A DNA stretch of 64,000 nt from Lachnospiraceae bacterium (lineage in GTDB: Bacteria > Bacillota > Clostridia > Lachnospirales > Lachnospiraceae). The translations under genes and the position numbers were made by a program. The DNA is taken from assembly GCA_017479935.1 (NCBI GenBank), contig JAFVBO010000124.1:2922-66921 (forward strand), read 5' to 3'. The notes beneath the pieces are model-generated. The model was given only the letters and a program-made list of their open reading frames with translations. It was not told where the DNA came from and made no database searches. Shown here piece by piece: positions 24,267 through 32,781 of this stretch (position 1 is the first letter of the stretch; each line of letters begins with the position of its first letter).

Positions 24267-24323
24267 GCTGACAGGGGACGGTTCTGTGTCAGAAATTCTG
24301 ACACAGAACCGTCCCCTGTCAGC
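24267..24323. repeat. palindromic repeat cluster B (perfect inverted pair)
   Basis: GCTGACAGGGGACGGTTCTGTGTCAGAA-A-TTCTGACACAGAACCGTCCCCTGTCAGC forms a 28-bp perfect stem. It sits between the convergent stops of metY (24260) and the PrsW-like gene (24329). Confidence 0.9.
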
Positions 24324-24328
24324 TTTCG

Positions 24329-24967
24329 TCAGCTTTTTGTCATCCTCATCCATCCAAAGCGCATCCACAGCTGCAACAGGCTCAGAAGAGCCGGAAGGAC
24401 AAAGGCCCATACCCGCAGGTGCGATTGAATCAAGGTATTAAAAATCGCATGATACGTGATTGCCGTAATCAGCAAAGAAAACGTACCACAATAAAACAGT
24501 TTCCGGCGCTTTCGCACATAGCTGATGCCCAGACCGACAAGCGAGGTGCAGGTGCTGTGCATCAGCGCCGCCCCCATTCCCCGGGCAAACGCCCAGGCGA
24601 TACTGACGGTACTGATGTTCCTTGTCAAGATCACCAGATTCTCCAGCAAGGCAAACCCGAGGCCCATGGCAAAGGAATTCGCCAGAATCATGTTCCTGTC
24701 ATCCGACACGGCCTCCGCATAAAAGAGGATGGGGATCGCCTTTAAGATCTCTTCGGAAACAGGCGTGATGTTGGTCGTGACGTACAGCAGGTCATTTCCG
24801 AATGCGGCAAGAAGCAGGTCGTTTACCTCCGAGGAGATCAGGCACACCGTCGTTCCGCCCAGAAGAAACCCCAGAAACTGCCGCGACTTCTGATCCGGCA
24901 AAAGGAAAATGACCGGTAAGATTGGTATGGACACGCATAAAAACAGAATAATCGTCAGGTTCTCCAT
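24329..24967 (-). CDS. PrsW-family intramembrane protease-like protein
   Basis: Polytopic, with 'SEEILKAIP', 'GLGFALLENL' and 'HS.C...VG...YHAIFN' motifs in PrsW order. Confidence 0.65.
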   Translation of the reverse strand: MENLTIILFLCVSIPILPVIFLLPDQKSRQFLGFLLGGTTVCLISSEVNDLLLAAFGNDLLYVTTNITPVSEEILKAIPILFYAEAVSDDRNMILANSFAMGLGFALLENLVILTRNISTVSIAWAFARGMGAALMHSTCTSLVGLGISYVRKRRKLFYCGTFSLLITAITYHAIFNTLIQSHLRVWAFVLPALLSLLQLWMRFGWMRMTKS

Positions 24968-25620
24968 GCTTTCACCCCGCGATCCATCACCGGTACAACC
25001 GCTGCCGCAAGGGCAGTGATCACCATTCGCACAGCCAGCAGAAGCAGCTTGTTTCCATATGCGTCCGCCGCCATTTCCACCATCAAAAAGCCCCCCAACG
25101 CAAGCGCCAACGCGTTAAAATGCCTCAGGCAACGCACCACCCCATAGTCCACATCCGGGATCAGCAGGTGCTTAACATGGAAGTAAAAAGCAGCCGCCAG
25201 AAAAACAGTCAACACGGCCTGCGAAGCCTTGCTTCCCACGCTTTGCGGGCCAAAGGCCAGCGGCAGATACAGCAGAATAGCCAATAGCGGTCCCAACAGC
25301 GCTATCCTTCGATAGCGCCGAAAAGCCGGGCCGCCATCGTCAACCAGCGAATCAATCTGGCTATAATTGGAAGAAAAGAAAAAGGAAGACGCTCCCGCCA
25401 CTCCCAGCATGCCAATCTGAAAGCCATCCGTTTCGGGAAACCCGGCGGCAATCCTGACACATTGGTATAGCCGTCCCAGCATCAGAGACGTTATTCCGAG
25501 CACAATCATGGACGCATATAGCGGTTTTTTCGGCTGTAAATACCGCGGTCCTCCATACAGGAACCCGCTGAGCGCCCCCAGCATAACCGCCAGGTTTCCC
25601 CAAAATTGTTCCATATCCAT
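24955..25620 (-). CDS. polytopic membrane protein, unknown function
   Basis: 221 aa with about 6 hydrophobic segments. It overlaps the downstream gene by 13 nt. Confidence 0.6.
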   Translation of the reverse strand: MDMEQFWGNLAVMLGALSGFLYGGPRYLQPKKPLYASMIVLGITSLMLGRLYQCVRIAAGFPETDGFQIGMLGVAGASSFFFSSNYSQIDSLVDDGGPAFRRYRRIALLGPLLAILLYLPLAFGPQSVGSKASQAVLTVFLAAAFYFHVKHLLIPDVDYGVVRCLRHFNALALALGGFLMVEMAADAYGNKLLLLAVRMVITALAAAVVPVMDRGVKAWRT

Positions 25621-25656
25621 CCTTTTCTCCTAAGTGTTAACCGTGTGTGACTGGGA

Positions 25657-25685
25657 GTGTGACAGAGGCCCGTCCCCTGTCACAC
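25657..25685. repeat. palindromic repeat, single unit C
   Basis: GTGTGACAGAGGCCCGTCCCCTGTCACAC. The TCA at 25680-82 inside the unit is the TGA stop of the 1305-aa gene. Confidence 0.85.
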
Positions 25686-28600
25686 TTTCCGTTTTCCAAA
25701 CAGGTAACCTGCGCCAAAGCCCAGCGCTGCGGCAAGCAAAGCTACCACCACGAGAAGTCCTCCCTGGCCCATTCCGCCAAAGACACTGGCCGTTTCGCTG
25801 GGATCCTCGGAAGCCTCTGGCGTTTCCTCCGCAGGCGCAGTTTCTTCCGCTCCGCCAAACGAGCCCACTTCCTCCGGCAATTCCAGCTCTTCCGGCGCCT
25901 CTGTGGCTTCCGTTTCGGGAGCCTCCGTCTCAGGCACTTCCATTTCCGGTTCTACCACAGTTTCCGTTTCCGAAACCTCCGTCTCTGGAGTCTCCGTCTC
26001 AGGCACTTCCGTTTCCAGTTCTACCACAGCTTCCGTTTCCGAAACCTCCGTCTCAGGTACCTCCGTCTCAGGCACTTCCGTTTCCGGTTCTACCACAGTT
26101 TCCGGTTCCGAAACCTCCGTCTCTGGAGCCTCCGTCTCCAGAACTTCCGTTTCCGGTACCTCCGTCTCTGGCACTTCCGTTTCCGGTTCTACCACAGCTT
26201 CGGTTTCTGAAACCTCCGTCTCTGACACTTCCGTCTCCAGAACTTCCGTTTCCGGCACCTCCGTCTCTGGCACTTCTGTCTCTGGCACTTCTGTCTCAGA
26301 AACTTCCGGCTCCGGCACTGGCTCAGCGTGATAAACGGCCGTGTAAACAGCGGGGCCGCTCACATCCACAATCTCCGGACTCCAACCCTCGAAGGTATAG
26401 AAGAATTCAGCCGTCTGTTCCTTCATGGGTGCGGCCGGCACCGTGATCTGATCCGCCTTTGTGCCGTAGGCAAGGCTTGACTCCTGAAGAATGGTCTGCC
26501 CGTCCTCCGTCACGAACGTGACAGGATACTTGCGAACGGTCTTCCGATAGGCAGCCTTGAAGGTGAGGTCTGTCCAGACATCAATGACTCTTCGGCTCCA
26601 GCCGATGAAGGAGTTCTCATACTGGGCGTCGATGGGCTTGGCGGGCATTTCCGGGATCTCGATTTCTGAGCCGCTGGTGCCATATGGATATCTCTTCTGC
26701 AGCAGCACCGTATCATCCGAATCCAGGAACGTAACGGTGCACCAGTTCTCCGATGTCTTGCGGGTCAGCGTGCATAACAGGTTTACTTCTTCCGGAATAG
26801 GCGCATCCCCCTGCCATTCATTCTGATAGAATGCGGAACCCGCATAGATCCAGGATCCATCTGCATCGTAATGGTCCGGCTCCTGATAGCGAAGTTCCCC
26901 GCCAAACGGATCAATGGTAATGTCTCCCTTCGCATCCCAGGTGATCGGGCTGTATCCCGTCTCCGAAAATTCTCCCTCTAAGATCGAACCTTCCAGAATG
27001 TAGTCGTACTCAAAGCTTCGCGGCCGCAGGTCGGTTGAATCATAGATCAGAATCTTCAGCGTCTGATAAAGCAGACGCGGCATTCCGTACCAGTCTTCCG
27101 TCCAGTAGAACAGATCGATGCTTTGAGTCTGGCCGTTCACCAGGTTGATGTCTTCTGAAGTATAATCATTATAGTTCCGATCCTGTGTATGATACGAATC
27201 CACCTGATAGGTTTGCATATCTACAATCGCCGGAAATACCTTTTCATCTGCCCCGCCGGTCGAATCCTCGACCTGGTAGGTGATATTCACCGTGAGCTTT
27301 TTCGCGACCGGTAGCCACTTGGCATACAGAGTCGTGTTCTCAAAGACAGGCGTTTCAAAATCAAAGGGATCGCCATCCAGCCAGCGGTTCGTGTACCAGC
27401 CGCCAAAGGAGGCTCCGGTTCTCTCTGGCGTTTCCGGCTCAGGGATGCAGCTTCCCTCTTCGATCTCCAGCGGCTCCATCGGATTGCCGCCCTTCACCTC
27501 AAACTCCACGCGATAGGTGGGAAGAGGTTCCACCGGTTCGGGTGCCGGCGTCAGGGACACGTAAGCCTCGTTCCCGTCCGGAACCAGGTAGTACCCTTCA
27601 TCGCTGACAAAGCTGGACAAAGCCGCTTCATCCACAAGTCCGTTCAGGAACAGAATCGATACATCTTCTTTCGGCTTCTCATCCGTGGTAACGCCAATCT
27701 GCGACTCTTCCGATAAGTGATCCCCTACCGTAATGACACAGGGCATATACTTGGAACTGACAATGTACACGTTGTTCTCGGTTCCATCCGCCAGGGTGTT
27801 TCCGGTAATGATCGTCTTTCCGGCGATCGTCAACGTGCTGGGGCCTTCCGATCCCACGCCCGTGATGTAGATACCGGCGCCGCGCCCCTTGGCCGTGTTC
27901 CCCGTAATCGTCACATCCGTCAGGGACAGATGGCCGACCGGTGATACCCGGATACCGGCTCCGTAATCGTCGTTGCCGCCGGTGATGAGGCCGGGGCCTG
28001 TCACGTTCAAGGTACCATGAACAAAGAGAACCGGGGCCATCTTGCTCTCCCCTGCTCCTTGCAGGTGCCGGTCCAGCGTGTGTCCGTTCAGGTTCAGGTT
28101 CACCGTCGCGCCACGCGGCACTATCATAATATACGAGTTTTCATTGGCTACAATATCATCCGGCAAGGTGATATCCAGTGTGTCCCCCGCCTCTGCCCTG
28201 CTGATCAGCCTCTGCAGGCTGTACCATGTCATTTTGAAAACCGCGCGCAGGGTGGTGTCTTCCTCAAGGATCATCTTTTCTCCGGGCTGAAGCAGGTTTT
28301 CCTCATCCTCTCCCACTTGCCAGCCTAAAAACTCCATGCCTTCCGGTTCCAGGTAAAAGCGCTGCTTTACCGTAATCTCGGTTCCTCTTAACGCCAGGAT
28401 CGGCCAGTCTTCACCAGGATATTCATCCGCTGTATAGGTGATGGTGCAGAAGTCCAGCTCGGCCGGGAAATTGCTTCTCCAGATCAACCTGGACATATAA
28501 TCCGTCATGAAATCGGAATACACCCACCCATAAAAGTACTCCGGAGTCCCAAAGAAGGGCTGTAAACCATTGTACAGAACCGGATTGGCTACTTCCGCCA

Positions 28601-29597
28601 CTTCTGTCGGATTATCGCCGGTGGGAGACTTGCTGGCGCTGGTATACACCAGGCGGCCGGTTGTCAGGTGCGTGTTGGTATCCTGAGGAAGGGTATTCTC
28701 TCCCGTTTCCTCGTAAGCAGTCGAATACCGATTTTTGACACAGTCAATCTTGTTCTTTCCGTTTTCCTTCCATGAATTCTCATAATAGAAGGTAACGCCT
28801 CCAAGGTCGGCGGTCCCGCTGCCCGGATCGCTGAAATGAATGCTCATTCCGCCGCCTAAGTAGCCATGGTCATCGTCCGTCAGGATGACAGCCTTCCCTC
28901 TGACTTCCTTCAGCTGCGGCATCCGGTCTTCCATGTAGATAAAGTTATAGTTCGCCAGCTTTTTCTGTGCGGTCTTGTACAGCGTTTCTCTCCCGTTCTT
29001 GCCGCTTTTGTCTGTGTCGTCGTACTCCGCCTTGATGTTGATGATCACCGTTTCCGACGGGTTTGCCCTCAGGAAATTTTCGATGTCATACATAAAGTTT
29101 TCAAAGGAGATGATATAACCATCATCATCCTCGCAAAAATACAAAAAGTCCAGAATCTCTGCTCCGCTGGCGCCGCGGTACGCGCCATGGCACAGATACA
29201 AAGAATCTGCACTCGAATTCGTGATATGCCCATGGGAATTGGTCAAGCGCATATCAAACAAACGTATGCCGGCGTTCAGCTGTTCCGCCAGCGTCAGGTA
29301 CTGTGTGATTGCGTCCTCACTATACCAGCTCGTGTAAATATGAGATGCCCACACGCTCTTGCAACAGGTATCATGGGTGCCGGGGATATTGATCTCGTTC
29401 AGATATTTCTCTCCTGAAATGCTTGCCATCCAATTTTGACCGCTGAACCCAAACATCTCGGTTTCCCCCTGAGCAGCCTGCGCAGAGACAGGCTGTACGG
29501 CACCAAATACCATACAGATAAGGGCAAATGCAAGAAAAAGACTTGTAAAGCGTCTGCCCAGCAAAACAAATCGGTTTTCTGAATAGTTCCGGTTCAT
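25680..29597 (-). CDS. large surface protein: PI-PLC X-like domain + beta-helix + Listeria/Bacteroides-type repeats + ETEVP repeats + C-terminal TM anchor
   Basis: Signal peptide (..VQPVSAQAAQ). 'INIPGTHDTC...FDMRL' is PI-PLC X-like. 'GAGIRVS..LSLTDVTITGNTAKGRGAGIYITG' is beta-helix-like. 'FGGWYT....PFDF.TPV..NTTLYAKW' and 'F.GWS' repeats follow, then a Glu/Thr-rich region. The tail 'LLVVVALLAAALGFGAGYLFGKRKV' has no LPXTG. Confidence 0.8.
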   Translation of the reverse strand: MNRNYSENRFVLLGRRFTSLFLAFALICMVFGAVQPVSAQAAQGETEMFGFSGQNWMASISGEKYLNEINIPGTHDTCCKSVWASHIYTSWYSEDAITQYLTLAEQLNAGIRLFDMRLTNSHGHITNSSADSLYLCHGAYRGASGAEILDFLYFCEDDDGYIISFENFMYDIENFLRANPSETVIINIKAEYDDTDKSGKNGRETLYKTAQKKLANYNFIYMEDRMPQLKEVRGKAVILTDDDHGYLGGGMSIHFSDPGSGTADLGGVTFYYENSWKENGKNKIDCVKNRYSTAYEETGENTLPQDTNTHLTTGRLVYTSASKSPTGDNPTEVAEVANPVLYNGLQPFFGTPEYFYGWVYSDFMTDYMSRLIWRSNFPAELDFCTITYTADEYPGEDWPILALRGTEITVKQRFYLEPEGMEFLGWQVGEDEENLLQPGEKMILEEDTTLRAVFKMTWYSLQRLISRAEAGDTLDITLPDDIVANENSYIMIVPRGATVNLNLNGHTLDRHLQGAGESKMAPVLFVHGTLNVTGPGLITGGNDDYGAGIRVSPVGHLSLTDVTITGNTAKGRGAGIYITGVGSEGPSTLTIAGKTIITGNTLADGTENNVYIVSSKYMPCVITVGDHLSEESQIGVTTDEKPKEDVSILFLNGLVDEAALSSFVSDEGYYLVPDGNEAYVSLTPAPEPVEPLPTYRVEFEVKGGNPMEPLEIEEGSCIPEPETPERTGASFGGWYTNRWLDGDPFDFETPVFENTTLYAKWLPVAKKLTVNITYQVEDSTGGADEKVFPAIVDMQTYQVDSYHTQDRNYNDYTSEDINLVNGQTQSIDLFYWTEDWYGMPRLLYQTLKILIYDSTDLRPRSFEYDYILEGSILEGEFSETGYSPITWDAKGDITIDPFGGELRYQEPDHYDADGSWIYAGSAFYQNEWQGDAPIPEEVNLLCTLTRKTSENWCTVTFLDSDDTVLLQKRYPYGTSGSEIEIPEMPAKPIDAQYENSFIGWSRRVIDVWTDLTFKAAYRKTVRKYPVTFVTEDGQTILQESSLAYGTKADQITVPAAPMKEQTAEFFYTFEGWSPEIVDVSGPAVYTAVYHAEPVPEPEVSETEVPETEVPETEVPETEVLETEVSETEVSETEAVVEPETEVPETEVPETEVLETEAPETEVSEPETVVEPETEVPETEVPETEVSETEAVVELETEVPETETPETEVSETETVVEPEMEVPETEAPETEATEAPEELELPEEVGSFGGAEETAPAEETPEASEDPSETASVFGGMGQGGLLVVVALLAAALGFGAGYLFGKRKV
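25900..26325. repeat. in-frame tandem repeats encoding (P/S)ETEV units
   Basis: 15-bp periodicity nested in blocks of about 90 bp (..VVEPETEVPETEVPETEVSETEA..) inside CDS 25680..29597. Confidence 0.85.
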
Positions 29598-29670
29598 ATT
29601 CTACCTCCTTCATATTATTGATGAAGATAGTCTAAACCAAGCTTTCCTGAAAGTCAATAAGGCTGAGAAA

Positions 29671-29777
29671 GGAAGGGGACGGACCTGTGTCACATTTTCA
29701 ATGTGACACAGGTCCGTCCCCTGTCACCTCCAGGCCCGTCCCCCATCACCTTTTCTGACACAGAACCGTCCCCTTCC
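29671..29777. repeat. palindromic repeat cluster D (four units, nested)
   Basis: GGAAGGGGACGGACCTGTGTCACAT / ATGTGACACAGGTCCGTCCCCTGTCACC is an inverted pair. AGGCCCGTCCCCCATCACC and TCTGACACAGAACCGTCCCCTTCC follow. The outer GGAAGGGGACGG and CCGTCCCCTTCC are also mutually complementary. Confidence 0.9.
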
Positions 29778-29882
29778 AAAACCATTTGCGCTCCGCCTAA
29801 GGACATGATATAGTTAAGCTGAGTCCACAAAGGACGAGACGATACAGCGCACATGCGCACAGGAAAAGAAGGAGGAGCCGGT

Positions 29883-30638
29883 ATGTATAAACTTTGGAAA
29901 ACACTGGAAGAAGCAAAGAAACTGAAGTGGGTGGAACTGTCCCACGAGCTGACCAATGAAAGCCCTTACTGGAGCGGTATTCCGGAAGGCAGTGTGGAAC
30001 TTGGCAAGGTAGTTTACGACTGGGGAAATCCCATGCTGGAATGCGTGATTCAGACGTTTAAGTTTCCGGGCCAGTTCGGCACGCATATCGATTTCCCCGG
30101 ACACTTTGTGAAGGAAGGCGTGCGTTCTTCGGCGTTTGGTGTCAAGGATGGCGTATTCCCTCTTTGCGTGGTGGATATCACGGAGAAAGTCGCGAAAGAT
30201 CCTCATTATGCGGTGAAAGCAAAGGACATCGAGGAATACGAAGAAAAGTACGGTCCGATTCCGGACGGCGCGTTTGTGGCGCTGCGCACGGACTGGTCGA
30301 AAAACTGGCCGGATATGAACGCCCTCTCCGGCATTGCGGAGGATGGCAGTGAGAACTTCCCCGGATGGTCGTTGGAGGCGTTACAGTACATTTACGAAGT
30401 AAGACATGCGGCGGCCAACGGTCACGAAACCCTGGACACGGATGCCTCTGCGGAAGCCGCGAAAGCCGGGGATCTGGCCTGCGAGCGGTATGTACTGGAG
30501 CGGGGGAAACTCCAGGTGGAAGTCCTGTGCAACCTGGATCAGGTGCCTGCAGCCGGCGCGGTTGTCTTTGTCGCCTGGCCGCGGATCGCCGACGCCGTGG
30601 GGCTGCCGGTGCGGGTTTGGGCTGTAACGGAGGAGTAA
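29883..30638 (+). CDS. cyclase family protein (kynurenine formamidase-like)
   Basis: AAGGAGG RBS plus ATG at 29883, and a 'GQFGTHIDFPGHF' (H.GTH.D.P.H) motif. Confidence 0.8.
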   Translation: MYKLWKTLEEAKKLKWVELSHELTNESPYWSGIPEGSVELGKVVYDWGNPMLECVIQTFKFPGQFGTHIDFPGHFVKEGVRSSAFGVKDGVFPLCVVDITEKVAKDPHYAVKAKDIEEYEEKYGPIPDGAFVALRTDWSKNWPDMNALSGIAEDGSENFPGWSLEALQYIYEVRHAAANGHETLDTDASAEAAKAGDLACERYVLERGKLQVEVLCNLDQVPAAGAVVFVAWPRIADAVGLPVRVWAVTEE

Positions 30639-30798
30639 GCTGACAGGGGACAGATCTGTGTCACAAAAGATGATAGCGGGACGGGTCTGGATGACAGGGG
30701 ACGGGCCTGTGTCACAAAAGCGATCCGCTTTTGTGACACAGACCCGTCCCCTGTCATCCAGACCCGTCCCCTGTCATCTTTCAGGCTCGTCCCCTTCC
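30639..30798. repeat. palindromic repeat cluster E (compound, 45-bp stem)
   Basis: It starts at the base after the cyclase TAA and ends at the base before the acetyltransferase stop. The arms 30678-30722 and 30726-30770 are complementary with one mismatch. Extra units lie at 30639-68 and 30778-98. Confidence 0.9.
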
Positions 30799-31443
30799 TC
30801 ACTGCCAGAACAGATCCTCATCCGCCTCAGCTGTGATCTTCTGCCAGACTTCCTCGTCGATCTCCTCATCCTTGAACAGTTTTCTTCTGTCTGCTTCCGT
30901 AATCTTCCGGATCACGCGGCAGGGATTACCGGCTGCGATCACCCCGTCCGGGATGTCCTTCGTAACCACGCTGCCCGCTCCGATCACAGTGTCGTTCCCG
31001 ATATGCACCCCGGGGACAATCACAACGCTGCCGCCGATCCAGACGCGATCGCCGATGGACACGCTCTTGCCGTACTCATATCCGCTCGCCCTCGTCTTCG
31101 GGTGCACCGGATGTCCCGCGGTATAAATGGAAACATTCGGCCCGAATAAGCAGTCGTCGCCGATGGTGATGGGCGCTACGTCGATCAAAACGCAGCCATA
31201 ATTTGCGAAAAAATTCTTTCCGATCCGGATATGCGTGCCATATTCACAGTAAAACGGCGGAATGATAAACAGTTCCTCCGAATTGGGAAGCACTTCCTTC
31301 GCGGCAGCGTTCACCTGCTCATAGTCCCACGCATCCAGTGAATTTAATATCTTTAACTTTTTCTTGCACTCTGCCATTTCGGCGAACACGTCCGCGTCGC
31401 CAAAATAGGCCAATCCCAGATCTCGTCTCTCTCCGTTGGTCAT
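30799..31443 (-). CDS. sugar O-acetyltransferase (maltose/galactoside acetyltransferase family)
   Basis: N-terminal Mac-like helix region followed by hexapeptide repeats: 'IGDDCLFGPNVSIYTAGHP...IGDRVWIGGSVVIVPGVHIGNDTVIGAGSVV'. Confidence 0.85.
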   Translation of the reverse strand: MTNGERRDLGLAYFGDADVFAEMAECKKKLKILNSLDAWDYEQVNAAAKEVLPNSEELFIIPPFYCEYGTHIRIGKNFFANYGCVLIDVAPITIGDDCLFGPNVSIYTAGHPVHPKTRASGYEYGKSVSIGDRVWIGGSVVIVPGVHIGNDTVIGAGSVVTKDIPDGVIAAGNPCRVIRKITEADRRKLFKDEEIDEEVWQKITAEADEDLFWQ

Positions 31444-31571
31444 GGAATAATTTCCTCTTTTCCTCTTTTTTCGTTGGACCTTGCTCTTTCTTACCTCCCG
31501 CGTATGAACCTGGACCTTGCTCTTCTCCCCTTCAGCGTATGATCGTTCCCTTGCTCCTCAGCTCCTCCGGT

Positions 31572-32645
31572 TCATCGCTCCACCAGTTCCAATATTCGCT
31601 CCGTCTCTTTCTCGGCGTAATTCCGCGCGTCCACCTCGATGGGCTGGCTTCTATACGATTCAAAACCATATTGCTCTGCGCTTTTGTATAAATCGTAATT
31701 CTCCTGCCATACGCGGAGTTCCTTGAAATACTCCGACTGAAAGATCGAATTATCCCAATCGATGGCGTTTATTGCCCACCACTGAAAGGAATGTCTTACC
31801 TCGTGACAGATTGTATTGATGACCTCTTCGACCGGGTCGTTGCTGATATGTTCCACGTTCAATCTTATCACATTTCTTTTATCGCTGTATCCTCCGTATG
31901 TATATGGGCTGATCAGGCTGGCGCCGATGTCGATATGCGGGATGTTCAGAACCATTGTCTCATAATTGGTCAGCTGTTGCAATACATTAATTTTCCCCTG
32001 CAGTGGCAAAGTCTTCCACGTATTTTCCTGCAGGGACTGCCACAGGTGATCTTCCTCATTCAGCTCGCCCGCCACTTCGCCTGTCATTTCTTCGGATGGG
32101 TCCCCGGCAATTTCCGCATCCGAAATAATCTCCTGCCATAAATCCTGTGCCGCGTAGTAGTCCGGCGAGACGACGCCGTTTTTAAAGGCATAATATATAC
32201 TGGGACCCACACACCAGAGTACGCCAATAACAATCATTCCTCTGATGCGCAGCTTCTTAAACTCCCGCTCTTCTTTGGGGGAGTCACAGCGCTGTACTTT
32301 TGCTTTTTCCAGTCTCCAGAGAAAAAGAACCTCCAACACCGCCAGGAGGAGGCATAACACCACGAAAAGCGGGAAATTCCATTGCCCCAGATTCAAAAGC
32401 AAAACCAGAATCGTCGGGGTCAGATGATACGCCACCTCAGACCAGGTTCCATTGCAGCACATTTCCTTAAACGGTATGCTCAGCCAGAAGACGGTCATCA
32501 TAACAATTATGATCCGGACTCCAGACGGATAGAGAAAAAGATGCAGTTCCGGAATGGATAAGGACATGCCTTCTAAAAAAGCAAACCGCATCAACTGTAA
32601 GTGAAAAATAGCCGTAGCCTTGCAAAAACACCATCTCAAATTCAT
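31572..32645 (-). CDS. membrane protein with C-terminal HExxH metallopeptidase-like domain
   Basis: AGGAGG RBS plus ATG at 32645 (Met12 of ORF 31572..32678). About 5 TM segments, then 'ICHEVRHSFQ......QPIEVDARNYAE'. Confidence 0.6.
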   Translation of the reverse strand: MNLRWCFCKATAIFHLQLMRFAFLEGMSLSIPELHLFLYPSGVRIIIVMMTVFWLSIPFKEMCCNGTWSEVAYHLTPTILVLLLNLGQWNFPLFVVLCLLLAVLEVLFLWRLEKAKVQRCDSPKEEREFKKLRIRGMIVIGVLWCVGPSIYYAFKNGVVSPDYYAAQDLWQEIISDAEIAGDPSEEMTGEVAGELNEEDHLWQSLQENTWKTLPLQGKINVLQQLTNYETMVLNIPHIDIGASLISPYTYGGYSDKRNVIRLNVEHISNDPVEEVINTICHEVRHSFQWWAINAIDWDNSIFQSEYFKELRVWQENYDLYKSAEQYGFESYRSQPIEVDARNYAEKETERILELVER

Positions 32646-32781
32646 GTGCGCTCCTCCTGATGTACCCGTGCCCATCATGGTCTTCCATTAGAATCAGATT
32701 AAGCTTAACACGGGGAAAGGGAGGAGGCAATCAACGCGTAGTTGAAAGTCAGGGTTGTTTCATGAACGCTGCGATATCAAA

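Noticed and set aside
25900-26325. Highly regular short tandem repeats that could be mistaken for a CRISPR-like array. The opposite-strand ORFs 25634..26446 and 25647..26210 are Pro- or Arg/Phe-rich.
   Set aside because: The periodicity is 15 bp with no unique spacers. It lies in-frame inside the 1305-aa surface protein, where it encodes (P/S)ETEV repeats. The plus-strand ORFs are mirror-frame artefacts of the repeat.
30539-31149. ORFs translating the palindromic repeats ('MTGDGSVSQK...', 'DRGPSPVT...') at 30539..30802, 30658..31149, 29690..29956, 20492..20725, 20701..21312 and 35459..35674.
   Set aside because: Their 'conserved' peptide segments are simply translations of the intergenic repeat unit in different frames and orientations. 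They have no RBS, and they run into neighbouring genes on the wrong strand.
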